Shown: positions 25,602 through 34,739 of the stretch, one piece after another
Layout of the letters: every line of letters starts with the position of its first letter
Numbering within the stretch: the first letter of the stretch is position 1
Source of the DNA: Bacteroidota bacterium
GTDB taxonomy: Bacteria; Bacteroidota; Bacteroidia; Bacteroidales; FEN-979
NCBI GenBank assembly: GCA_026391845.1
Contig: JAPLDG010000300.1
Span: forward strand, 19,595-83,594
DNA: 64,000 nucleotides
Direction: 5' to 3'
Notes under the pieces: generated by a model
Seen by the model: only the letters and a program-made list of their open reading frames with translations
The model's database searches: none
Told to the model about the DNA's origin: nothing
Program-made: the position numbers and the translations under genes

Positions 25602-27190
25602 TATTTTTTCAGTATTTCTATCGCTTTATTAAACCCCGGATCAATGGTATTCAATACCGGGAAAAAGCCTGCATTATCCAGCAGGTTCCGGCCAATATAA
25701 GCTTTAAGCATGGTTTTCACATACCGGTCGGATTTCGCAAGATCCCTCCCCGTACGTTTCACCCCTTTTCCGTCGGCATATTTAACAAAATCACCAAAGA
25801 TGGCATCGGTTACCGTAAAACCGCCAATGAACCGGTCAACTGTTTTAAAACGCATCAGCGCTGCCCTGTTGCGGTCGGTATAGTCAAAGGCAAACTGATA
25901 AACCAATCCTTTGTTGATGCATTGGTTATAATAAGCCATGGCCGAATCCTTTTCTATCGGAATAAAAATGTCGGGCATGATTCCGCCGCCGCCATATACT
26001 GTTCGGCCTTTGGGTGTTTTATATTTCAGGGAATCCGGGAATTTAACGGAATCGGCATGTTCCATCTCTCCGTTCATAAAACGGTGGTAATAATCGCTGT
26101 TGTACGTGTCCAAACCGTCTTTGTAAGGTTTCTGGATGCATCGCCCTGTCGGGGTATAATACCTGGCAACCGTGAGCCTCAGCGCACTTCCGTCCTTAAA
26201 ATCAAGTTGCTCCTGAACCAGTCCTTTTCCAAAGGAACGGCGTCCGACAATCAACCCCCTGTCGTGGTCCTGGATCGCTCCTGATACAATTTCGGCAGCT
26301 GAAGCGGTTCCTTCGTCAACCAGGACAAGAAGATCTCCTTTTTCAAATAAACCGTCGGCGGTTGCGTCGGAAACGTCGCGCTTATGGTTCATCCCTTCGG
26401 TATATACAATCAGTTCACCCCTGTCCAGAAATTCATCGGCAACATCAATGGCTGCCTTCAGGTAACCTCCGCCATTGCCGCGCAAATCAAGTATCAGCTT
26501 TTTCATGCCATCCTGCTGCAGGGTTTCAATTGCATTGTGTACCTCTTCATGTGTAGTGGCTGCAAAATTATTCAGGCGGATATAGCCGATCCCGGGTTCC
26601 GGCATGTATGCAATATCCATGCTGTAAGTCGGGATCACATCCCGCGTAATGGTAAAATCAAGCAATCCGCCGGCTCCTCTTCTGAAAATGGCCACCTTGA
26701 CCTGTGTTCCCTTGGCGCCTTTCAGTTTGCGCATGACATCGTTGGTAGAGATTTTGATGCCGGCAATATTCTTCCCGTTAACCTTCACGATCCGGTCTCC
26801 GGAACGTATTCCAAGTTTTTCAGAAGGCCCCCCGGATACAGGGTTGATCACCGTAACCGTATCGCTTTCAATGCGAAACTGTACGCCGATCCCTTCAAAA
26901 CTTCCCAGCAAGGGATCATTGGCCTCATGAAACTCCTCCGCTGAGATATAGACCGAATGGGGATCCAGTTTTTCAAGCAGTCCGCTAATCGCTTTCTCTT
27001 CCAGCGCTTTTCGGCCAAGCGTGTCAACATAATTATCTTCGATATAGCTGATTACCTCCTTCAGCTTGTCCTTCTCAGAAGGCCGCAGATTGAAACTTCC
27101 GGTTCGTGTCCCCAAAAAAATTCCCAAAAGAATTCCTCCCGTCAGGACCATGGCAAACCAGATTGGCAAATAGGGATTATTCTTATTCAT
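25601..27190 (-). CDS. S41-family carboxyl-terminal processing (tail-specific) peptidase
   Basis: N-terminal TM, a PDZ-like segment (FEGIGVQF), and the catalytic Ser region LVDEGTASAAEIVSGAIQD with a downstream GKG. I start at MNKNNPYLPIW (ATG 27190). The track's 81-aa extension to 27433 overlaps the divergent hydrolase gene and looks non-coding. Confidence 0.9.
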   Translation of the reverse strand: MNKNNPYLPIWFAMVLTGGILLGIFLGTRTGSFNLRPSEKDKLKEVISYIEDNYVDTLGRKALEEKAISGLLEKLDPHSVYISAEEFHEANDPLLGSFEGIGVQFRIESDTVTVINPVSGGPSEKLGIRSGDRIVKVNGKNIAGIKISTNDVMRKLKGAKGTQVKVAIFRRGAGGLLDFTITRDVIPTYSMDIAYMPEPGIGYIRLNNFAATTHEEVHNAIETLQQDGMKKLILDLRGNGGGYLKAAIDVADEFLDRGELIVYTEGMNHKRDVSDATADGLFEKGDLLVLVDEGTASAAEIVSGAIQDHDRGLIVGRRSFGKGLVQEQLDFKDGSALRLTVARYYTPTGRCIQKPYKDGLDTYNSDYYHRFMNGEMEHADSVKFPDSLKYKTPKGRTVYGGGGIMPDIFIPIEKDSAMAYYNQCINKGLVYQFAFDYTDRNRAALMRFKTVDRFIGGFTVTDAIFGDFVKYADGKGVKRTGRDLAKSDRYVKTMLKAYIGRNLLDNAGFFPVLNTIDPGFNKAIEILKK

Positions 27191-27331
27191 GCTGCAAAGA
27201 TAGTTCAAATAGGAAATCGACTGCCTCCGTTTGATAAAAACGGTTATGTTTTTCTTTAGATGCAGTATAAATAAACCAGAATGCCCTCCCGGTCCGGCAA
27301 AATATGCGAAATTTGTATCAAATTCCTTCAG

Positions 27332-28279
27332 ATGCGTTACGCTGGTATCCTGATCTTTCTGGCAACTTCCCTCCTGGCGGCAGCAGGTTCCCATCATATG
27401 AACATCCCCGAAAAACCCTATCCAAATTCCCACTTCCTGATCATCGATTCACTGAAGTTTCATTATCGTATCTGGAATGATGATCTTGATCATCCAAGGG
27501 GCAACGTATTGCTGATCCATGGTTTTTGCGGATCGACCTTTTGCTGGCGTAACAATTATGACACGCTGGCTCAGTCTCATTACAGGGTGATTGCCATCGA
27601 TCTCCCCGGTTTCGGCTACAGCGGGCGCGATTCAAAACTGAACCAGTCGCAAAGCAACCGTAGCCGGTTGATCTGGGAACTTCTGAAAAAAATTGACGGG
27701 GATGATACAACCATGTGGAATATTGTCGGCCATTCCATGGGAGGCGGAACCGCCGAAGCAATGGCGCTGATGCAACCCGGACGTACCCAAAGCCTCACCA
27801 TTCTGGATGGCATGATTTTCATTAAAAACTCCAACGTAAACAGGCGTATAGTCGGCCTCGTCAATCAACCGACCTACAAAAAGATTCTTCTTTCCTATAC
27901 TGAGAACAACTACCTTTCATTCAAGAAATTCAGACGTGAATTAAAGGGCACCTATGGATTTCTTCCCGACACCCTGACTGTTAACGGCTACTGGGAACCA
28001 TTGCAAATCGACGGCACTGCCGAAACCGTCATAAACCTGCTGGCCAACTCAAGTGAAATTCAAGAACTTGACGCCAAAGGGCTGGACCAGTTCCCTGTGT
28101 TGGTGATCTGGGGAAAAAAAGACCATACCCTCCGGTTGAAAAACGGGAAAAAACTGAAACGAGTGGTTCCGTCCATTGAACTTAAAGTAATCCCCGACGC
28201 ATATCACATGGCCATGGAGACACATCCGGAGATATTTAACGGGATGTTGCTGGAGTTTCTGGACAGGAATAATAAGTAG
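27332..28279 (+). CDS. Alpha/beta-fold hydrolase (secreted or periplasmic)
   Basis: Nucleophile elbow VGHSMGG, oxyanion HGFCGS, C-terminal His in DAYHMAME. Signal-peptide-like MRYAGILIFLATSLLAAAG at the internal ATG 27332 (the track ORF starts at 27281). Confidence 0.85.
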   Translation: MRYAGILIFLATSLLAAAGSHHMNIPEKPYPNSHFLIIDSLKFHYRIWNDDLDHPRGNVLLIHGFCGSTFCWRNNYDTLAQSHYRVIAIDLPGFGYSGRDSKLNQSQSNRSRLIWELLKKIDGDDTTMWNIVGHSMGGGTAEAMALMQPGRTQSLTILDGMIFIKNSNVNRRIVGLVNQPTYKKILLSYTENNYLSFKKFRRELKGTYGFLPDTLTVNGYWEPLQIDGTAETVINLLANSSEIQELDAKGLDQFPVLVIWGKKDHTLRLKNGKKLKRVVPSIELKVIPDAYHMAMETHPEIFNGMLLEFLDRNNK

Positions 28280-28299
28280 CGAAGTAGCGAAAATCACAA

Positions 28300-29592
28300 C
28301 TATTTTTTTTTGCCAGTGATCTCATTGATCCTGTTTTTTGCATAATCTGCATAAGAGACCTGCTGCGGGAGGTTGGTGATGGTTTGTTCGCCGGTAGCTG
28401 CGTTTTTCAGAAACGCCCGGTAGTAAGGTAATCCTTCATAGGGCATTCTGAGATGAAAATCATACTGATAGGCTATCTTGAATCGGAGGGTATTATTCTC
28501 AGGATTGGCTTCCAGCGCTTTCTGCAGCAGTACCACGGCCGTATCAGTATTGCCTTTTGAGGTATTGGCATCGGCAAGTTCGGAATAGAGTGTTGAAAGG
28601 AACTTGCCGGATGGCATCAGCAGCCGCAATGTGCGGGAAAGGTAAACCAGGCCTGTATCAACTGCCAGCGACCGATAGGCTGAAACACCATAATAAAAAC
28701 AGATTTCCGCATCGGCGGTATCGCTCAAAAATGCCGATCTGAAAAAGGTAGTTGCCGTGTCGTACTTCTCCTGTTTGTAGAATGACAGTCCAAGGTATTT
28801 CATGGTGAACTTCGAAGAATCCCCGAGCCTGGCGCATTCCAGGAACTGCTTTGCCGATGATTTGAAATCGATCAGCAGGTAGTTGCAGTAACCGTTTTGT
28901 TTCAGGATGGGGATGTTTGTCGAATCCTGCGCCAGATAAACTTGAGTCCAGTAAAGCGCCATGGCAATATTGTTTTCCCGGATGAATACATTGGCCAGCT
29001 TTCCTGTAACGAAAGGATCATACGGTGTAATCCTCAGTGCGCGCCTGTAAAACCTTATCGCTGAATCTGATTGTTTAAGTTCATTGTAGCAATTCCCCAA
29101 TTGTCTGGCCACATAAAAGGAAGAAGAATCTGCCAGATAGAGTGGCAGGAGGATGAGAACCGCACTCCCGAAATCTTCCTCCGAAAAATAAAGGTTTGCC
29201 AGCTGAAGACTAAAATACCGGTTATCCGGAGCAAGGATACAAATTTTCCGGCCGGCCACGATGGCTTTTTCTCCATCACCGGTTTGCCTGTAAACATTGA
29301 CCAGTTCGTTGAGCACATGGATGTTTGCACTGTCGAGGTTATGAGCCTTACCCAGCGCCGCGATAGCTTCCTTGTACTGAAAGCCGGCTGCAAGAGCCCG
29401 ACCTTTCAATAAAAGCAGGTCGATTCGTGCACTGTCTTTTAAAAGATAAAGTTCAGCCAGGTTTACGGCCTGGCTGAACTGACAGGATTCAATTAAGCTC
29501 TTGACCTGATCCGCCGGTTCCGGGTGTTGCGCTTCGGAAATTCCCGGTAGTAATTGAAGCAATATGGCAATCGTCAGGAACGGTTTCCACAT
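28300..29592 (-). CDS. Tetratricopeptide-repeat (TPR) protein with signal peptide
   Basis: 430 aa. Signal peptide MWKPFLTIAILLQLLPGISEA. Repeated A-x-x-x-Y/F...A...P TPR-type helices throughout. Confidence 0.75.
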   Translation of the reverse strand: MWKPFLTIAILLQLLPGISEAQHPEPADQVKSLIESCQFSQAVNLAELYLLKDSARIDLLLLKGRALAAGFQYKEAIAALGKAHNLDSANIHVLNELVNVYRQTGDGEKAIVAGRKICILAPDNRYFSLQLANLYFSEEDFGSAVLILLPLYLADSSSFYVARQLGNCYNELKQSDSAIRFYRRALRITPYDPFVTGKLANVFIRENNIAMALYWTQVYLAQDSTNIPILKQNGYCNYLLIDFKSSAKQFLECARLGDSSKFTMKYLGLSFYKQEKYDTATTFFRSAFLSDTADAEICFYYGVSAYRSLAVDTGLVYLSRTLRLLMPSGKFLSTLYSELADANTSKGNTDTAVVLLQKALEANPENNTLRFKIAYQYDFHLRMPYEGLPYYRAFLKNAATGEQTITNLPQQVSYADYAKNRINEITGKKK

Positions 29593-29598
29593 GAAAAG

Positions 29599-30939
29599 TT
29601 ACTTTTTAGGTTCCTCCTTTTTGTGCTTGTCCAGGTTAAATTTGATCGGGAGGTTGTACTGAACAGCCACCGGTTTGCCTTTTTGTTCACCGGGGTTCCA
29701 GTTCGGCATCATTTTTACTACACGTAATGCCTCCTCGTCGCAGCCGGAACCAATGCCCCTCAGGACTTTCACCTCCCTGACGGAACCATCCTTCTCTACC
29801 ACAAAGGTGATGTAAACGGTACCTGTCACGGCATTTTTAATCGCCGTTTCCGGATATTTTATGTTTTCAATTAAAAATTTACGGTACCCCTCCTCACCAC
29901 CCGGGAAAGAAGGGAGCTTTTCAACTACCGTATATACCTCGTTCCCCGTAACGGGTGAGACATATTTGACCTGTTTCTCTTTTTTCTGTTTGTCCTGGAT
30001 TACCGGCCCGGGAATGGATAAAAGATGGATTGGTGTGAATTCCGGGGTGCCGGTATTCATTGTCTCAGAATTGCTGAACGAACTGGCTGTCAGAAAAAAG
30101 AACAGCAGCAGAACTACGGGAAGGGCAATCAGCGCCTTGCTTTTCGCCCAGGTTTTGGATTTAGATTTTGTCATCATGGCAATGCGTTTTTTAAGTAATG
30201 AAACATTAAAATTATTGGTCAGGTAATTCACCTGGAGGCCCATGGTTTCATCCAGGATCATTTGCTGGTATTTATGGCGGCTGATTCCGTTCTGCAGAAC
30301 GCCTTCATCAGCCAGATATTCATGGATTGTTTTCACTTCGCGGCCAACCATCCAGGCAACAGGGTTAAACCATTGCATCAGGGTTGCCAGTTCGATCAGG
30401 ATCATATCAACAGTATGGTGTTGGCGGATATGGACTTGCTCGTGTTTAAGAATGGTCGGCAGGCTGTCGGGAGGCACGGCTGCCTCATTGATATAAACCA
30501 GGTTGAAAAATGAGAAGGGGGAATAGCCCCGATCAACAAAAACCACCCGTCGGCCATGAAGTTTCCTGATGCCAAAACGCCTCGTGATTTTTTGAATTTG
30601 AATTAATTGCAGCACAAAACGGAGAAGAAAAATGATGACCCCTGTAAAATAAATGGCTGCGGCTATTTCAATCCAGTGCAGGTTTGCCTGCAGCTCCTGT
30701 TCCACTTTAGCCGGTGTGATCATCACAGGCTCAAGTAAAACCGCTACCGAAGACGAAGGGTCGGAGGGTGTCCACCGGAATGGCAGCAGAGGAAATATCA
30801 CGGAGAAAAGCGCCATCGCGAGCAGGTAAAAGCGGTTCAGTTGAAAAAAAGTCTCCCTTCTCAGGAAAAACCAGTAGATGGCAAAGAGCACCGACAAACA
30901 GAGGGTGGACTCAAACAGATATAATAATAGCGTGTTCAT
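29599..30939 (-). CDS. BlaR1/MecR1-like M56 peptidase-domain signal transducer fused to a TonB C-terminal domain
   Basis: Four N-terminal TMs, HExxH (KHEQVHIRQHH), and the TonB_C motif PSFPGGEEGYRKFLIENIKYPETAIKNAVTGTVYITFVVEKDGSVREVKVLRGIGSGCDEEALRVV. Confidence 0.9.
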   Translation of the reverse strand: MNTLLLYLFESTLCLSVLFAIYWFFLRRETFFQLNRFYLLAMALFSVIFPLLPFRWTPSDPSSSVAVLLEPVMITPAKVEQELQANLHWIEIAAAIYFTGVIIFLLRFVLQLIQIQKITRRFGIRKLHGRRVVFVDRGYSPFSFFNLVYINEAAVPPDSLPTILKHEQVHIRQHHTVDMILIELATLMQWFNPVAWMVGREVKTIHEYLADEGVLQNGISRHKYQQMILDETMGLQVNYLTNNFNVSLLKKRIAMMTKSKSKTWAKSKALIALPVVLLLFFFLTASSFSNSETMNTGTPEFTPIHLLSIPGPVIQDKQKKEKQVKYVSPVTGNEVYTVVEKLPSFPGGEEGYRKFLIENIKYPETAIKNAVTGTVYITFVVEKDGSVREVKVLRGIGSGCDEEALRVVKMMPNWNPGEQKGKPVAVQYNLPIKFNLDKHKKEEPKK

Positions 30940-31349
30940 TGTTTTCCCTCCTGTTGTTTTCTGATCTCTTCATCAATGGTCCGTTGTATCTCTTCAAGTT
31001 CTTTCATGCTCAGCCTGCCTTCGTTGGCGAAAAACGATGCCAGCGACTTGTAGGAGTTTCCGAAATAGTTTGTCATAAACCCTTTGAACGAGGATTTTGT
31101 GTAGGTCGTTTTGCTCACAACCGGGAAGTACTCATGGGTGCGGCCATACGCCTTATGCCCTACGAACCCTTTCTGCTCCAGGATGCGAACGATGGTTGAT
31201 ACCGTGTTGTAAGCCGGCTTTGGATCCGGGAACTTCTCGAGCATGTCGTGCACCATTCCCTTTTCAATATCCCAGAGGATCTGCATCACCTCCTCTTCGG
31301 CACGGGTAAGCTGCAAAGGGAGGTTGTCGGTGTTTTTTGTGAGTGACAT
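30936..31349 (-). CDS. BlaI/MecI/CopY-family transcriptional repressor
   Basis: Winged-helix N-terminus LTRAEEEVMQILWDIEKGMVHDMLEKFPDPKPAYNTVSTIVRILEQKGFV. 4-nt overlap with the downstream BlaR1-like gene. Confidence 0.9.
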   Translation of the reverse strand: MSLTKNTDNLPLQLTRAEEEVMQILWDIEKGMVHDMLEKFPDPKPAYNTVSTIVRILEQKGFVGHKAYGRTHEYFPVVSKTTYTKSSFKGFMTNYFGNSYKSLASFFANEGRLSMKELEEIQRTIDEEIRKQQEGKQ

Positions 31350-31365
31350 TGGACGGATATTAAAG

Positions 31366-31407
31366 TCAAAATGTAAAATTCAAAATCAAAATGTAAATGA
31401 TAAAATA
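31366..31407 (-). promoter_or_regulatory. A-rich 6-7-nt phased array (TCAAAAT|GTAAAAT|TCAAAAT|CAAAATG|TAAATGA|TAAAATA) 17-58 nt upstream of the blaI-like start
   Basis: Read directly. The minus strand carries repeated TTTTG/TTTTAC units in the expected promoter window. Confidence 0.35.
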
Positions 31408-31523
31408 ATCAGCTACAAATATACAACTATGTTTTTAGTTTGTCAACTAAATTCTTAATTTTATACAGAAGATTTTGGGTGTTTCACCGAATAATATGCC
31501 AGATTCATCCAAATAGTGTAAAT

Positions 31524-31578
31524 GACCCCTCCACACCCTCCCCTTGGATGGCTACTCTTTACACACATCGTATGTGTG
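31524..31578 (+). repeat. C-rich element copy A (GACCCCTCCACACCCTCCCCTTGGATGGCTACTCTTTACACACATC) with a terminal 7-bp hairpin
   Basis: Aligns by eye with 34771-34823 (GACCCCATCCCCCCGCCCCTCTTCCCCAAAAAGAGCTACTCTCTATACACATC). The hairpin is CACACAT-cgt-ATGTGTG at 31562-31578. Confidence 0.5.
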
Positions 31579-31657
31579 GGTTTCTTGTAATAATGAGTTC
31601 TCTCCGAATAGCCGTAAATTTTGGACTAAAGTCCAGTAACTATCTATTTGTCAATTA

Positions 31658-31677
31658 CCACGGCCTTAAGGCCGTGG
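31658..31677. repeat. Perfect 20-nt palindrome CCACGGCC-TTAA-GGCCGTGG within a 500-bp region lacking a credible ORF
   Basis: Read directly. Neighbouring small hairpins are TGGAC-taaa-GTCCA (31622-31635) and GGCT-tt-AGCC (31701-31710). Confidence 0.5.
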
Positions 31678-31858
31678 CAACACAATGTGCTAACACCCAT
31701 GGCTTTAGCCAAATATTCTTGTTTAATAACCACTTTTTGAATTGGACTCAAAAAATGGTAGTTGGATTATTGGAAAATTGTCTTCTGATCAAACGGATTG
31801 AATTATTAATGCGAATCAAGAGTAGCCTAGGGACAGAGAGGATGATCCCTCTAAATGA

Positions 31859-32950
31859 TCATTCATTCACATGCGGGCAGTCGAAGGGGATGCCTATTTT
31901 CTCGCCCTCTTTGATGAGGTCGTCAACGATGGGTTTGATGAGAGGAACGCCATGTATTTCATTGAATTCTGCGTATTGGAACTCTTTTTCCCCCGCGACC
32001 ATTATCTCATCGCGGCCCACTGCCAGTGGCGATTTTTTGAGCAGGGTGATCATATCATCCATATGCTGTTTGAAATCGATAATCGGGCGGAAGGCTTCGA
32101 TGTTAATTGCCATGAAAAAATGGGAAACACCTGTGGGTTCCGGTTTTCCCGGTCCGCCGACATTGGTGAGGAAATTTCCGCCTGACAAGGCAGAGCAGAG
32201 TATTTCAACAAGCACAGCAAGTCCATAGCCCTTGTAACCGGCAGTAATGTCCATCCCTCCAAGAGGAAGCAGGGCACCATGTCCGCCAGGTTTGATCAGC
32301 GAGGGGTCGTTGGTTGCAAGGCCCTGTTCATCAATCCCCCATCCGATCGGGATATGCTCATGTTTTTTTTCATAGACCTGGATTTTACCAAATGCCACTG
32401 CGCTGGTTGCCATATCAAGGAGGTAGGGAAATGCTTTATCAGATGGGGCGGCCATGGCAATGGGATTGGTGCCAAGCACGGCGGTCCTGCCAAAAGTCGG
32501 CGCTACCAGCGGCTGGGAATTGGTCAGTGAAATACCGATCATATCCTGCTTTAACGCCATCATAGCATAATATCCTGCAATTCCGTAATGATTGCTGTTG
32601 CGAACCGTAATGGCTGCAATGCCACCGGCTTTGGCTTTATCGATGGTGAGCTGCATGGCTTTGTGCGAAACAACCTGTCCACAACCATTGCCACCATCGA
32701 TCAGGGCAGTCGTGGGTGTTTCACTGATGATTTTAAACGGCGTGAGCGGATCGATCCAGCCTTTGCTGATGCGGTTGCCGTAATAGGAACCCAGCCGGTG
32801 CAATCCGTGGGATTCCACACCCCGGATATCGGCACAGATCAGCACATCTCCGACAATTTTTGCATCCTCGGCCGGTACGCCCAGCCTGCTCATATAGCGA
32901 ACCACAAAGTCCATCAGATCTTCGTGTCTGAACCTGAGTGTTGTTTCCAT
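31859..32950 (-). CDS. Ldh_2-family (malate/L-lactate/ureidoglycolate-type) NAD(P)H oxidoreductase
   Basis: ADIRGVESHGLHRLGSYY, NSNHYGIAGYY and PLGG...GYKGYGL are typical Ldh_2 motifs. 363 aa. Confidence 0.88.
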   Translation of the reverse strand: METTLRFRHEDLMDFVVRYMSRLGVPAEDAKIVGDVLICADIRGVESHGLHRLGSYYGNRISKGWIDPLTPFKIISETPTTALIDGGNGCGQVVSHKAMQLTIDKAKAGGIAAITVRNSNHYGIAGYYAMMALKQDMIGISLTNSQPLVAPTFGRTAVLGTNPIAMAAPSDKAFPYLLDMATSAVAFGKIQVYEKKHEHIPIGWGIDEQGLATNDPSLIKPGGHGALLPLGGMDITAGYKGYGLAVLVEILCSALSGGNFLTNVGGPGKPEPTGVSHFFMAINIEAFRPIIDFKQHMDDMITLLKKSPLAVGRDEIMVAGEKEFQYAEFNEIHGVPLIKPIVDDLIKEGEKIGIPFDCPHVNE

Positions 32951-32992
32951 ATTTTATAGTTAAAGTGTGAATTAATTGCTGCGATTATATTC

Positions 32993-33056
32993 GTGACGCG
33001 TGACGCGTGACGCGTGACCACGTGTGGCCAGTCACGTGTCACCTGTCACGTGTCAC
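32993..33056. repeat. Inverted pair of 4x heptamer arrays: (GTGACGC)x3-GTGACCA / spacer / GTCACGT-GTCACCT-GTCACGT-GTCACGC
   Basis: GTGAC occurs at 32993, 33000, 33007 and 33014. GTCAC occurs at 33031, 33038, 33045 and 33052. The arms are complementary at 22 of 26 positions by my count. The last unit contains the lhgO stop codon (33053-33055). Confidence 0.65.
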
Positions 33057-34270
33057 GCTTTTCCTGCCTCCTTTTCAACATAATTATCCACCACCCATTT
33101 TGCAAAGGGAAAACTGCAGGTAAATGCCGGTGAAACTGCATTGAGTACATGGATCGTTGTATTGTCGCCTTCCACCACGAAATCCATCACGAGTTCCAGG
33201 GTTTTTGTATTGAGCAACTGGGCCCGTATGCCGGGCTTGCTCCACTCGGTAAATCCGGATGTATCAATTTTATGAACCATACTGGTGGCGAGGTTTACGA
33301 AGTAGGATTTGTTGTATTTCTTCATCTCGTCATAGGCCAACCCTCTGAATCCGAAGGCATTTGAAAGAAACAACCTTGCTTCCCAGCTCAGCACATTGCC
33401 CAGCTCCCCTGCCTTGAAATTGTCCATTCCCTTATAATTCTCACGCCAGAAGGCCGGAATAGATGTAGGGCCGATTTTGATGGTACCGTCAACCGTGATC
33501 GTATAATGGACCCCGAGAAATGGGTTTTTCAGGTTGGGAACCGGGTAAATATTGGTTTTAATGGGTTTATCCTTTTTGGTATATTTCAGATAAATTCCCT
33601 TGAACGGGATGATGGTGTAATGCTGTGAGAATCCGTAATCACGGGCGATTTTGTCGGCATAGAGCCCGGCGGTGTTGATCAGCTTACCGGCAGAAAACAT
33701 CTTACCGGTGGTTGTTTCGATGGTATTCCCTTCAATGCTGCGTTTATAGCCTTCCCCGAAAAATATCTTCACCCCGTTGGCAAGCAACTCATCGCGAACC
33801 GCTTTATTCAGTTCCGTAGGATCAACGGTGGCCGTGCTGGGCGAATAGAGGGCATATTTGAATGTTTTGGCATTGGGGTCGATCTCTTTCATTTCGGCTT
33901 CCGTGATGATTCTGACGTCAACGCCATTGCGTTTCCCACGGCGGTCAAGTTCATGGAGCGGTTCAAGCTCCGTTTCATCCTTGGCGACCACAACCTTCTG
34001 GCATTCATTCAGTTTCAGTCCCTTCTGGCGGCAAAATTCCTTCATCGCAAAGTTGCCGTCGCGGGTAAATTTTGCCTTCAGCGAATCGGCTGAATAGTAG
34101 AATCCGGCATGCAGTACACCGCTGTTCCGGCCGCTTGAACGATATGCCACATCGGGTTCTTTTTCAATGATCGTGATGGAGGCCGCCGGTTTGCGGGATT
34201 TTAACTCGCGGGCAATAGCCAGGCCAATGATGCCGGCGCCTATAATGAGATAATCGGATTGTTCTGTCAT
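33053..34270 (-). CDS. lhgO: L-2-hydroxyglutarate oxidase (FAD-dependent)
   Basis: DYLIIGAGIIGLAIARELKSR...IIEKE...SGRNSGVLHAGFYY. The length (405 aa) and motifs match the LhgO family. Confidence 0.85.
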   Translation of the reverse strand: MTEQSDYLIIGAGIIGLAIARELKSRKPAASITIIEKEPDVAYRSSGRNSGVLHAGFYYSADSLKAKFTRDGNFAMKEFCRQKGLKLNECQKVVVAKDETELEPLHELDRRGKRNGVDVRIITEAEMKEIDPNAKTFKYALYSPSTATVDPTELNKAVRDELLANGVKIFFGEGYKRSIEGNTIETTTGKMFSAGKLINTAGLYADKIARDYGFSQHYTIIPFKGIYLKYTKKDKPIKTNIYPVPNLKNPFLGVHYTITVDGTIKIGPTSIPAFWRENYKGMDNFKAGELGNVLSWEARLFLSNAFGFRGLAYDEMKKYNKSYFVNLATSMVHKIDTSGFTEWSKPGIRAQLLNTKTLELVMDFVVEGDNTTIHVLNAVSPAFTCSFPFAKWVVDNYVEKEAGKA

Positions 34271-34326
34271 GTTGAATGGTTAATTTGGAAAAGGCTGATG
34301 CTGAAGAAAAAGATCGGGAAAAAAGA

Positions 34327-34695
34327 TTATTTCGGTGGCATCGTTAAACTGTCAACCAGGTAAACGGTTTCGCCGCGCCAGGGAAGCACCCCATTTTTCG
34401 CTTTGTAATGAAGCACGACCATGGTCCCCTCCAGTTTCAATAGTTTTTCGGCCAGTTCCTTCCCCGGAACTGAAAAGAAAAATTTCTCCGATGCAAGCGA
34501 AACATCCTGATTGCTCTTGACGCTGCTCAGGATCAGTTCCCCTTCATAGGTTTTAAAGATGGTTCCCTTGTATGAGAACTTTTGCAGCAACCCCGACCGG
34601 TTGCCTTCGCTATAGGTAAAACTGTATTTCCAATAAATAAAAAGGCACAGCACAACGACCAGAATTGCCACGCTCCAGTATAAAAATTTTTTCAT
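34327..34695 (-). CDS. Small N-terminally anchored membrane protein of unknown function
   Basis: 122 aa. TM YWSVAILVVVLCLFIYW, followed by a beta-rich soluble domain. Confidence 0.6.
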   Translation of the reverse strand: MKKFLYWSVAILVVVLCLFIYWKYSFTYSEGNRSGLLQKFSYKGTIFKTYEGELILSSVKSNQDVSLASEKFFFSVPGKELAEKLLKLEGTMVVLHYKAKNGVLPWRGETVYLVDSLTMPPK

Positions 34696-34739
34696 GGGAT
34701 GGATTTTAGAATGATTCTACAAACTTAAGCTAAGTTTTG

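Noticed and set aside
25514-26284. Long antisense ORFs in the track (for example 25514..26284, 31440..32228, 52162..52926, 23618..24301, 6340..7071, 3663..4145, 41206..41925)
   Set aside because: Each lies opposite a gene with strong family motifs. They have low-complexity or Arg/Pro/Gly-rich translations and no recognisable motifs. I treated them as shadow ORFs, which are typical of GC-rich or repeat-rich coding DNA.
27191-27433. 81-codon N-terminal extension of the S41 peptidase ORF
   Set aside because: The extension (MGIWIGFFGDVHMMGTCCRQEG...) is Cys/His-rich and non-protein-like, and it overlaps the divergent hydrolase gene. MNKNNPYLPIWFAMVLTGGIL at 27190 gives the expected N-terminal TM anchor.
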